In this document: positions 53,130-64,000 of the stretch, in pieces | How the letters are laid out: every line of letters starts with the position of its first letter | Position numbering within the stretch: position 1 is the stretch's first letter | DNA from: Octopus vulgaris | Taxonomy: Eukaryota | Assembly: GCA_951406725.2 (NCBI GenBank) | Contig: OX597818.1 | Span: forward strand, 54,932,001 to 54,996,000 | Direction of reading: 5' to 3' | Length of the DNA stretch: 64,000 nt | Position numbers and translations under genes: made by a program | Notes under the pieces: generated by a model | What the model was told of the DNA's origin: nothing | The model's database searches: none | Seen by the model: the letters and a program-made list of their open reading frames with translations, nothing else

Positions 53130-53592
53130 TATATTCTTTCAAAATCATAAATATCGCCAATATTCATTAAATCTTACCATAACCTAAGCATAAAAAAGAA
53201 ATTCCATTCTTTATCTTACTGAGAAACCCTCTTTATGTATTAACATAAACTACAATATATTTGGTCGTAAGTTTCCAATAGGATTAAACACGGATTCATT
53301 AGATTTAAGTTGACAACATCGAAAAATTAGAATGTAATTTGGACGGAATAAACGTTACATAGAACTTTTGCTCAATAACTGGTTTTTATTAGTTTTCTGG
53401 TAGATTTGTATATTTTCCATATACAAATACACTAACACGTGCGTGCGCAAGCGTATATATAAACACATAGTTTAGTAAACATTTTCTGTTTCAACTAGAA
53501 AGTCGGAAGCTGAAATGCAAGATGCGGAGTGTGAGGTTATATATAAAACTGTACACGCACACACACACACATACACACAACACGCGCACACG

Positions 53593-53628
<36 letters not shown>

Positions 53629-54029
53629 AATATATTCATACATACAACGAGCTTCTTTCAGTTTCCGTCTACCCAATCCATCCACTGACAAGGCTTTGGT
53701 CGGCCTGGGACTAAATAGAAAACACTAGTCCAAGTTGCCACGCAGTGAGAATGAACTTCGAACCATGCAGCTGGTGGGGGGGGGGTGCAAAAGCATCTTA
53801 GTACACTACTACCCCTGTGCGCGCGCGCGCGTATGTGTGTGCGTGTGTGTCAGTGTTTGTGTATACAAAGAGATGGGAGAGAAAGCGTGAAAAAGATGGG
53901 GAAAGGGGAGGTGGATATAGAACAGGATGCACATTTGAGCATGCACGTGAGGTGCACGTAAGTTTCACAATCTATAACTTCGAGTTTTTCGCTGACAATC
54001 TGAAGTTAATTAATAAACACTTTATCAAC

Positions 54030-54630
54030 AGAAGTGGCTGTGTGGTAAGTAGCTTGCTTACGAACCACATGGTTCCGGGTTCATTCCCACTGCGTGACAC
54101 CTTGGGCAGGTGTCTTCTACTATAGCCTCGGGCCGACCAAAGCCTTGTGAGTAGATTTGGTAGACAGAAACTGAAAGAAGCTCGTCGTATATATGTGTAT
54201 ATATATATATTACTCTTTTACTCTCTCTCTTTTACTCTTTTACTTGTTTCAGTCATTTGACTGCGGCCATGCTGGAGCACCGCCTTTAGTCGAGCAAATC
54301 GACCCCGGGACTTATTCTTTGTAAGTCCAGTACTTATTCTATCGGTCTCTTTTGCCGAACTGCTAAGTGATGGGGACGTAAACACACCAGCATCGGTTGT
54401 CAAGCGATGTTGGGGGACAGACACATAAACACAGACACACACACACATACATACATATACATATATACGACAGGCTTCTTTCAGTTTCCGTCTATCAAAT
54501 CCACTCACAAGGCATTGGTCGGCCCGGGGCTATAGCAGAAGACACTTGCCCAAGATGCCACGCAGTGGGACTGAACCCGGAACCATGTGGTTGGTTAGCA
54601 AGCTACTTACCACACAGCCACTCCTGCGCC

Positions 54631-54717
<87 letters not shown>

Positions 54718-54945
54718 GTGTTTGTGTGTCTGTGTTTGTCCCTCCCCCCAACATCGCTTGACAACCGATGCTGGTGCGTTTACGTCCCCGTAACTTATAG
54801 CGATTCGGCAAAAAACACCGATAGAATAAGTACTAGGCTTACAAAGAATAAATCCTGGGGGTTTATTTGCTCGACTAAAGGCGGTGCTCCAGCATGGCCG
54901 CAGTTAAATGACTGAAACAAGTAAAAGAGTAAAAGAGTAAATGAG
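54030..54945. mobile_element. Plus-strand SINE A with a full minus-strand SINE A (54212-54630) nested in its microsatellite
   Basis: Plus head 54030-54190, complete reverse copy, plus tail 54715-54945. Confidence 0.88.
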
Positions 54946-55753
54946 AGTTTCGAAAAAAACTAATTCTGATTCGTTTATAATCATAACAGAAATTCCATCG
55001 CATAATCGTCAAAAATACCGTTACAATCGTATAGTGAGCAAAAAAGTATTCGGTGCTTAAGACACAAACAACATAGCGCCCAGGATACAACCTATCATTA
55101 CAGAACACGCATCAAATTACATACCTGGAAATGTTCCTTGTATCTTTGTTTCGCTGAGAAATTCGATATTTTCTAAAGAAGAAATCCAAATTTGTGATTT
55201 CCTGCAGATAATATAATAAATGTTTGTTTAAATGTTTTATATTTCCTACTAATGTAATTCTCTTCTTCCGGTAGTGTAAGTAACGGAAATCTTTTTAATC
55301 TAATATTAATTGTAATATTCCAAAGTAAATATTATATGCAAGTAGGCTCCCTTGCATAGCATTTTAATATAATTTTTCAAGAATTATTTTTTCTAATAAA
55401 TATTAATTATATATTTTTGTGTGGGTATGACAGCTAAAGTTTGATTATTGTTTAGTTTTCAATATTTTTTGCAAGCTTTAAAGAATTTTCAATTATAAAT
55501 TCCGTTCTCTCTTTAAAATAAAATTGTCTGTTATAATTATTAACCAATTAGAACTTGTCTGCTTTTTTCTAAATTGTTTACTGTAATGTGGTGTATCTGA
55601 AACCGTAATTATAATTTGGGCCTTGAGTACAAGACGATAGAAATATAACCCGATGATACCAGCGAAAACCAAAGAAATCGTTTTACTTGGATAACACTTG
55701 CATTATAACAATCGACAGAACGATAAGGTCTATATTATAAGAATCGGCAGAGG

Positions 55754-55788
<35 letters not shown>

Positions 55789-55975
55789 CTGAAACCAGTA
55801 AAAGGTAAAAGATACATAATATAATTATATAGATATCTATATAGATATACATAAATATATATGTATGTGTGTGTATCTGTATGTGTTTTATCGATGGCCA
55901 ATTTGTTGTCAATAAGCAATTATTAACTTCATAATTTCCAATTTCTTTTCTTCTTTTAAATGGATATAAGCTATA

Positions 55976-56053
<78 letters not shown>

Positions 56054-56197
56054 CAGCATATTGGCAAATAAAATCTTTACTTTTTGCCCTTATTTATAAT
56101 TGTATTTAAAATTTCACCCTAAAAGGTATTTTTCATATGCTGACCATTGATAAATGTTTTAATAAAATTTAATCTTTATATTAGAATTATATGTGCG

Positions 56198-56273
<76 letters not shown>

Positions 56274-56481
56274 GATAAATATCAAAGTGAGTTATATACA
56301 GTAGCGGTAACACATCGTGACGTATTTTTGCCATTTCAATATGGCTAACCCCTAAGGGTGGATGCTACTGTAGTTTTTAGCCCCAGGAGGACACACTCCT
56401 CCAGCTGGCCATAGACACACTTTCTGTGTCCTGTCAGTATTTGCAAAGGGAAGTCATCCTTCCCGTCTTCAACTTATGATA

Positions 56482-56526
56482 CACACGGACTCGAGTTTCG
56501 AGGTATTGACCTCTCTTCAGCGTGTG
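56482..56526 (-). ncRNA. Intact type I hammerhead ribozyme (family R)
   Basis: CACACG-CUGAAGA-GAGGU-CAAU-ACCUC-GAAAC-UCGA-GUC-CGUGUG. Stem I extends (UAUGAU/AUCAUA) beyond an internal loop. Confidence 0.9.
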
Positions 56527-56556
56527 ACAATCATAGTTGTCGGCGAGAACATAGTT

Positions 56557-56984
56557 GTCCTCCTGGGGCTAAAAACTACAGTAGCATCCACCCTTAGGGG
56601 TTAGCCATATTGAAATGGCAAAAATACGTCACGATGTGTTACCGCTACTGTATATAACTCACTTTGATATTTATCATTGTTTGATTTCACTTTTTCAATA
56701 TCAGCGACAGTGGACGCTGGAAAAAGTATAAGTATTTGTGAAGGAAATCTAATTCTCGGCGACAACTATGATTGTCACACGCTGACGAGAGGTCAATACC
56801 TCGAAACTCGAGTCCGTGTGTATGATAAGTTGAAGACGGGAAGGATGACTTCCCTTTGCAAATACTGACAGGACACAGAAAGTGTGTCTATGGCCAGCTG
56901 GAGGAGTGTGTCCTCCTGGGGCTAAAAACTACAGTAGCATCCACCCTTAGGGGTTAGCCATATTGAAATGGCAAAAATACGTCA

Positions 56985-56988
<4 letters not shown>
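56557..56988 (+). mobile_element. Family R element, about 1.2 tandem units, period 353 nt
   Basis: GTCCTCCTGGGGCTAAAAACTACAG...GTCACGAT occurs at 56557 and again at 56910. Confidence 0.85.
56776..56820 (+). ncRNA. Intact type I hammerhead ribozyme (family R)
   Basis: CACACG-CUGACGA-GAGGU-CAAU-ACCUC-GAAAC-UCGA-GUC-CGUGUG; predicted cut between 56814 and 56815. Confidence 0.9.
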
Positions 56989-57046
<58 letters not shown>

Positions 57047-57057
<11 letters not shown>

Positions 57058-57673
57058 CGCACATATAATTCTAATATAAAGATTAAATTTTATTCAAACA
57101 TTTATCAATGGTCAGCATATGAAAAATACCTTTTGGGGTGAAATTTTAAATACAATTATAAATAAGGGCAAAAAGTAAAGATTTTCTTTGCCAATATGCT
57201 GAACAATAGACGTTAAATCGTCTAACCACATAAAATATTTTCACTTGTATTATTACACCACGTGACGAAACGAGTAAAGCGGCTAACAGAGATTCATAAA
57301 AATATAGTTATTCCTGAATCGGTTCCGATTTCTGGATTAATCCAAAAAGGATTTTTCCTGCGTCAGCGGGGGACACAAAAAGAAAATAAATAAATGAAAT
57401 CCTTAAACATACCCACGGAAAAGCACATTTAAGTACCCTAAATATATCTAAATCGAAATTCCGTAGCAAACTTCGGCACAAGTGTAGTCGGTCGGGAAAC
57501 GCACACAAGTGGTTAACCCGTCCAGAAGTGATTGAGAATTTACTTCTAATATAAGGATAAAATTTTATTAAAATAATAATATAAGTGAAAATAGTTTATG
57601 TAGTGAGACGATTTGGCGTGTATTTTTCAGCATATTGGCAAAGAATCTTTTTCTTTTTGCCTTTATTTATAAT
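57047..57673 (-). mobile_element. Family G element: partial direct repeat (57069 / 57545, period ~476) plus an inverted terminal segment, PLE-like layout
   Basis: TTCTAATATAA.GAT.AAATTTTATT occurs twice; 57574-57673 is an imperfect reverse complement of 57156-57254. Confidence 0.6.
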
Positions 57674-57814
57674 GTGTGTGTGTGTGTGTAAATGAGTAAG
57701 ATGTACAGATATCAATTCATGAACTGACACTTGTCCATCTTTGTTATTCATTTCTATTTTATTCACCTACCCTGGTATCTGCTCTTCGAAAATATTAAAG
57801 AAAGTATTTTTTTT

Positions 57815-58083
57815 ATACAGTTCTATATTTAAGAGATGAGGAATTCTGTACATTATTTACGTTATTTACATTCGACGGATATTTGCCCTCATCTTGTTTG
57901 TTGTTAACACAACGTTTCGGCTGATATACCCTCCAGCCTTCTCCTGCTGTCTTCCTGAAATTTCGAGAACCCAGCTTCGAATTTTTCCCCAAGACACCTG
58001 ATGAAGAAAACAACAAACAAGATGAGGACAAATATCCGTCAAATGTAAATAATGTAAATAACGTAAAAGTAAATAATGTACAT
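57815..58083. mobile_element. PLE-type terminal fragment in inverted arrangement with broken hammerhead halves
   Basis: 57848-57903 recurs inverted at 58011-58083. The minus strand has GGCUG-GAGGGUAUAU-CAGCC-GAAACGUU-GUGUU; the plus strand has GACAC-CUGAUGAAG at 57993. Confidence 0.65.
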
Positions 58084-58353
58084 GTCTGAACAACCAAGAG
58101 CCGATATCTTCAATAAGTTGGGTCGTGTTATCTGCGTACGCTGCAAAAATTTCAAGTGTAAACACTTTTGCACAGAGTTTGATATTCACCTGATATTCTT
58201 TGGGTATGCAAATTAGATTGACCCAACAAGGTGCCTCAATTTAAGTACTTAATTCAACTGAATCTTAATTATATATATATTACGTATATATATGTGTGTA
58301 TATATATATAGAAATAGAAAGATAGATAAATATAGATATATTACGTATGTATT

Positions 58354-58412
<59 letters not shown>

Positions 58413-58552
58413 ATGCATAACTCAATACATTTGCGGGGTACAAATTTATTATTCTTTAAGAAAACTTGTATTGACAGCGACTTCGAAGTTTCGGCCGGCT
58501 AAGCCTTCTTCCGATGATTTATATACATATGTGTATGTGTGCGTGTGCGTGT

Positions 58553-58645
<93 letters not shown>

Positions 58646-58668
58646 ATGTATGTATATATATATATATG

Positions 58669-58777
<109 letters not shown>

Positions 58778-59284
58778 AGAGAGAGAGAGAGAGAGTGTGT
58801 GTGTGTGTCTTCGTGCATGTGTTTTTCTCGTAACCCAGCGGTTCGGCAAAAGGGCCGATATTGTAAGTACTTGGCTTAAGGAGATTTAGCACTGGAAATG
58901 ATTTGTCTGGCTAAATCACCCAAGGATGAATCCCAGAATGGGCGCAGTTCAATGACAGAAACAAGTAAAAAGTAGGTGAAAAGCATATTTTAATGCCTCA
59001 AAATCTTTATTTTCACCAGAAGTTTCTAAGATTATTTATTCTTTTCTACTCTAGGCACAAAGCCCGGAAATTTAGGGAGAGGCTCAGTCAATTAGATCAA
59101 CTGGTACTTAATTTATCAACTCGGAAAAGATAAAAGGCAAAGTCGATCTTGGCGGAATTTGAACTCAGAACGTAGCGGCAGACAAAATACTGCCAGGCAT
59201 TTCGCCCAGCGTGCTAACGTTTCTGCCAGCTCGCCAGGGACACGGAGTGAAAATAGTAAAAGAAAATCATTTTCTTTAAATTTC

Positions 59285-59336
<52 letters not shown>

Positions 59337-59782
59337 GTTCGTACATCCATCTGTCTGTCAGCGTGTCGGTTTGTCTGCCTGCCTGTCTATATAGCTATCA
59401 ATTGGCCTCTGTATATGGATATATATACATGTGTGAGTATGTACTTGCGCATGTGTGTGCGCGTGTGTATCGTGCGCGCGCGTGCGAGGGTGCGTGCGTG
59501 CGTGTGTATGTAATATAATGTTAAATGTACACCGGGGAAAGGTGTATTAAATCCAGACGTCTCCTTCGCTTGTTTTCATAATTTGCTTCTTTATTTATTC
59601 ACGTTTGATAATCATTTATTACTTTATTATCATAATTTATGTACTAATTTATACATATATTATTGGAAGTTTGCACATCTCGTTAATGAATTAATTACAT
59701 ATAAACACACGCACGTACGCACGCGCACGAAAGGCTTACGCTCTCGTCCACACTCTCTCCTCACACACAATGAATATATTCG

Positions 59783-59840
<58 letters not shown>

Positions 59841-60119
59841 TGTGTGTGTGCGTATGTACTCTGACTCGTACTGACTCTCAGGCGAGTACATAGGTGCAAA
59901 CCAAGGTGAAGAGAATGTACTCGTACACCAAAGGCAGATCAAATTATATCGTATGTAGGGGCCAGGCGTAGCTTTGTGGTAAGACGTTTGCTTCCCAACC
60001 ACTTGGTTCCAGGTTCAGTCCTGCAGCATGGCATCTTTGTCCAGTGTCTCCCACAGTGTCGTCAGGCAGGTCAGAACTTTGTGATTGAATTTGGCAGACG
60101 CGAACTGAAAGAAGCTCCT

Positions 60120-60441
<322 letters not shown>

Positions 60442-60715
60442 CATATATATATATATATGTAATCATTATAGTTATAGGGTAAAAAATTATTATGTAGACA
60501 AAGGGAATGAATTTTTATAATTCTAATCCAGAAACGCGTCTATAATTAATCGAAGACTCTTTGATTTCACTGTTTTCATTCTTTTTACCTATGTGAGTTA
60601 CAGATATTGTTATCTGTGGAGTCATATTTTGTAGTGAAAAGAAATAACGGTCTTTTGGCTGCTATTTCTAAATTTTCGGTATGTGGTGAAGCAACTTGTT
60701 GATTAATTATTGTTA

Positions 60716-60784
<69 letters not shown>

Positions 60785-60837
60785 ATGTTTATATATATTG
60801 GCTAAGATCAAGGTCTAATATCTACTCTTATCAGTTC

Positions 60838-60897
<60 letters not shown>

Positions 60898-60901
<4 letters not shown>

Positions 60902-61076
60902 AGATGTACTCGCATAGCAAGTAATTTGATCTGAGATGCAGCACGGATTTTTGTCAGTGAACAGGTCACGGATTTTAGCGACGAAAATATTTTGACAAAT
61001 TAAACTTAAATGTTGAAGTGAATCGAACGGCTTTTGTGTGTTTCTTAAATGGCTTATAGACACCTTCCACGCTGTA

Positions 61077-61080
<4 letters not shown>
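60898..61080 (+). mobile_element. (TA)n-flanked element with a decayed hammerhead (60949-60999)
   Basis: UUUGUCA-GUGAACA-GGUC...GAC-GAAAAUAUUU-UGACAAA, with a 7-bp stem I. Confidence 0.55.
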
Positions 61081-61115
<35 letters not shown>

Positions 61116-61904
61116 TCATACACATACATATATGTATACAGTGTTTAAGGTGGTGTACAGATATTGTATATTGAGGAAAAGGAAACAAAATTTTGGATAA
61201 TTCTTTATTAGTACTTTTGTTCGTTATTTCGTCTCGAAGAGTTCGGTTAACGAACGGAAGCGCTAATAAAGAATTATCCAAAATTCTGACTGCCTACTTT
61301 ATACTCACACACACACACACACACACACATACATATATATGTATATATACATGTATATATATGTACGTATGTATGTATTATATTTACATATATTTATGTG
61401 TGTGTATGTGTGTCTGTGTGTCTGTCTGTCTGTCTGTTCCCTGCCACCACTTAGCGGAAGCGCGTGGTTTAGTGGTTAGGGAGTATGACTCTTGATCCTA
61501 AGATTGTGCTTTCGATTCCTGAACCAGGTGATGCGTGCCCCAGTCCAGCTGGCAAAAAGGAAAAATCCTGCGACGGACCAGCGTCATACCCCATGGAGAC
61601 CAGATAAGGGGCACTTATGAGTCAGCATGATTCGAGAAGGTAACTTTACTTTTCTACTTAGCATCGCTTGACAACCGGTGTTATTGTGTTTACGTCCGCA
61701 TAACTTCATGTTTCCGCCAAAGAGATCGATAGAGTAAATACCCAACTTTACTGGAGGCGGGGTCGATTAATTGGCCTAAAATATTAAGGCGGTGCAGCAG
61801 TCTGACGGGTCAAACAATTACACAGTTAAAGACGTTTTGCTAAAGCTGAAAATCTTCACAAGTCCCAAACAATAGTTTATGTAAAAAAAAACACCGTGTA
61901 TATG

Positions 61905-62191
61905 TGTTTTGTTCCTTCTCGATCGACACCTGGCTCATTAAGGGCCGGTTTCTGGGTTTCCTTGGCGTATAGGTTGCCCACCTCGACGGGACGCCAGTCC
62001 GTCGCAGGGGAGCCGCAAGATGCAGGAAGAAAGAGTGAGAGAAATTTGTGGCGAAAGTGTCAGCAGAAGTTTTGCCATTACCTTCTGCCGGAGCCGCGTG
62101 GAGCTTAGGTGTTTCGCTCATAAACACACACATCACCCGGTCTGAGATTCGAACCCGCGATCCCTCGACCGCGAGTTCGCTGCTCTAACTA
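61905..62191 (-). mobile_element. SINE family B with the alternative tail
   Basis: Reverse complement of 1455-1745. Confidence 0.85.
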
Positions 62192-62208
62192 ATATATATA
62201 TATATATA

Positions 62209-62934
62209 CAGTATTCTAGGGTGTTATGTTCCAAAAACACCCGGGATAGGTGAAAATCTGCAAAGTAGAAACAGTACTGAACCGTATTTATTATTATTCT
62301 TATGAATTGTATATATTTATTATATTATAAATGCAAAACACCACCACGCACTCGCCTCCCGACTTTTGTTTTCCATACAGTATGTGCGATCCTTTGCTTA
62401 CTCATCCACGGTACACTACGTATTTCCTTTTAATATATTTTAATTAATGGGTTATACAGTGCAGTACTGTACTGTATTTTTATTTATTAATTTGTTAATT
62501 CTTGGGTGTGAAAATGCTTATTTTACCACAGGAATAATCAAAATTTAAAAAAAAAACGCCAACGGTTGCAGAAGGCCGCGATATACTGAGGAGTCCACGA
62601 TATAAATTTACATATATTTATTTCTTTATTGCCCGCAGGAGGCTAAACATAGAGAGGACAAACAAGGACAAGTAAAGGGATTAAGTCGATTACATCGACC
62701 CCAGTGCGTAACTGGTACTTATTGAATCGACCCCGAAAGGATGAAAAGCAAAGTCGACCTCGGCGGAATTTGAACTCAGAACGTAAAGACAGGCAAAATA
62801 CCGATATGTATTTCGCCCAGCGTGCTAACGATTCTGCCAGCTCGCCGTCCTCTAAATTTATATACATTAACCAGAAACATCCGCGATGTACTGAGGGCGC
62901 GATAGGTGAACCACGATATGCCGAGTGATTACTG
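62209..62934. mobile_element. Probable pogo/Tigger-like MITE containing a SINE C (62620-62848, -)
   Basis: Ends TA-CAGTA ... CGAGTGATTACTG, with a repeated subterminal GATAGGTGAA. Confidence 0.5.
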
Positions 62935-63289
62935 TTTATATATATACGATATTAGCAATCATTATTAATAATTGTTATAAGGCAGTGAACTAGCAGATTC
63001 GTTAGCACACCGGGCGAAATGCTTAACGGCATTTCGTCTGTCTGCACGAGTTCAAATTCCGCCGGGGCTGTCTTCGTCTTCCATCCTTTCGGAGCCGTTA
63101 AATTAAGTGCCAGTGAAACACTTGGGTCGCTGTAAAGGACTAGTTTCTTCCCCACAAAATTTCAGGCCTTGTTTCTATGGTAGAAAGGATTATTTTTCAT
63201 TGCTATACAACACATACATACACATGCAACAACACACGCACACGTATTTATGTGTATGGGTTTGTATGTCTATATATATCTATACATGT

Positions 63290-63649
63290 CTTCGTCATCG
63301 CCTGAAACTCCGGCCCCTCTCTTCGGTGCTTTTACAACGGTGCTTAAGGTGGTTCGGTCATGCGGCCCGGCGTCCAGAGGGTGAGCTGATTCGCGATGTC
63401 CTCCTCCCACCTCCACTTCCCAGCTGGCGCAAACGTACGGCCGGGCAGCTGAAGACCTGGACAACGACGATAAAGGAGGACCTCTTCGAACTATCAAGTT
63501 CTCAGATGGAACCGCGAATGGCTCGCTATCTCCAGTGACCTCGCACGAGACCGTCGAGCGTGGGCCGCCATGGTTCGTGATGCAGTTAGGACCAGAGAAG
63601 AAGCCAGCTCAACCCGCCCTGGGTGAACGCCGTCACAAGTCCAAGTAGG
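63290..63649 (+). mobile_element. 5'-truncated RTE-clade LINE with an 11-bp TSD
   Basis: LRWFGHAARRPEGELIRDVL...GQLKTW...DLARDRRAWAAMVRD; tail CAAGTCCAAGTA; TSD TCTATACATGT at 63279-63289 and 63650-63660. Confidence 0.9.
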
Positions 63650-64000
63650 TCTATACATGTTGTGAGCATTCTGAAGGTGATACTATTTGTAAAGGTCGAT
63701 GACATTTATCAATCGACCGATTGAGTAAACGGAACTATGAACAATAAGAGAAATAGCTTAAGTCTAAGAGACACAAATAAATAAAAGCGTAAAGCCCACT
63801 ATTCATGTGTGTGTATGCAGGGCTTGTGGAGGTGGTGGTGGTGGTGGTTTTAGCAGTGGTGTTAGTATTAGTGGTGGTGGTAGTGGTGATAGTGATTGCG
63901 GTGTTGGTGGTGGTTCCATGTGGCAGGTTTGATAATTGTTGAGAGACTCTCCTCGCACGAAACCGATGGTAGCCTTAAATTTATCCAAACAATACAGTAT

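Larger units (their letters stand above)
56049..57207. repeat. 1.16-kb imperfect foldback bounded and punctuated by (TA)n
   Basis: 56049-56208 is the reverse complement of 57047-57207; 56313-56549 of 56753-56988; 56271-56392 of 56557-56678. Confidence 0.92.

Noticed and set aside
56843-56890. SECIS element in family R (AUGA...AAA)
   Set aside because: No complementary 3' strand with the required GA quartet, and no adjacent ORF.

Overview
This is AT-rich, repeat-saturated animal DNA, either intergenic or intronic. The SINE families and the (AT)n/(AC)n/(AG)n/(ATCT)n microsatellite load look like an octopus genome (inference from recalled repeat sequences, not database-checked). I found no host protein-coding exon; almost every ORF in the track is a microsatellite or SINE read-through. 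The window contains: at least four tRNA-derived SINE types (labelled A-D here); decayed Tc1, mariner and other Tc1/mariner-type DNA transposons and MITEs; two non-autonomous Helitrons; an RTE-type LINE 3' end; a decayed Penelope-like (PLE) reverse transcriptase; a 21-bp tandem array; and long (GGT)n/(GTT)n/(GA)n blocks. The most interesting signal is a set of about a dozen hammerhead-ribozyme motifs from several unrelated non-coding elements, most of them abutting (TA)n/(CA)n tracts. One family (R) has a ~353-358-nt repeat period, an intact type I hammerhead, a C3-G8 to U3-A8 compensatory core variant and a covarying multi-hairpin domain. At 56.0-57.2 kb it forms a 1.16-kb foldback with a ribozyme on each strand, making it a retrozyme/PLE-like RNA candidate. 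A second signal is SINE C, which appears to insert at GGTATT, a motif in its own head, building ~184-bp tandem arrays. Coordinates were read by eye and may be off by a few bases.
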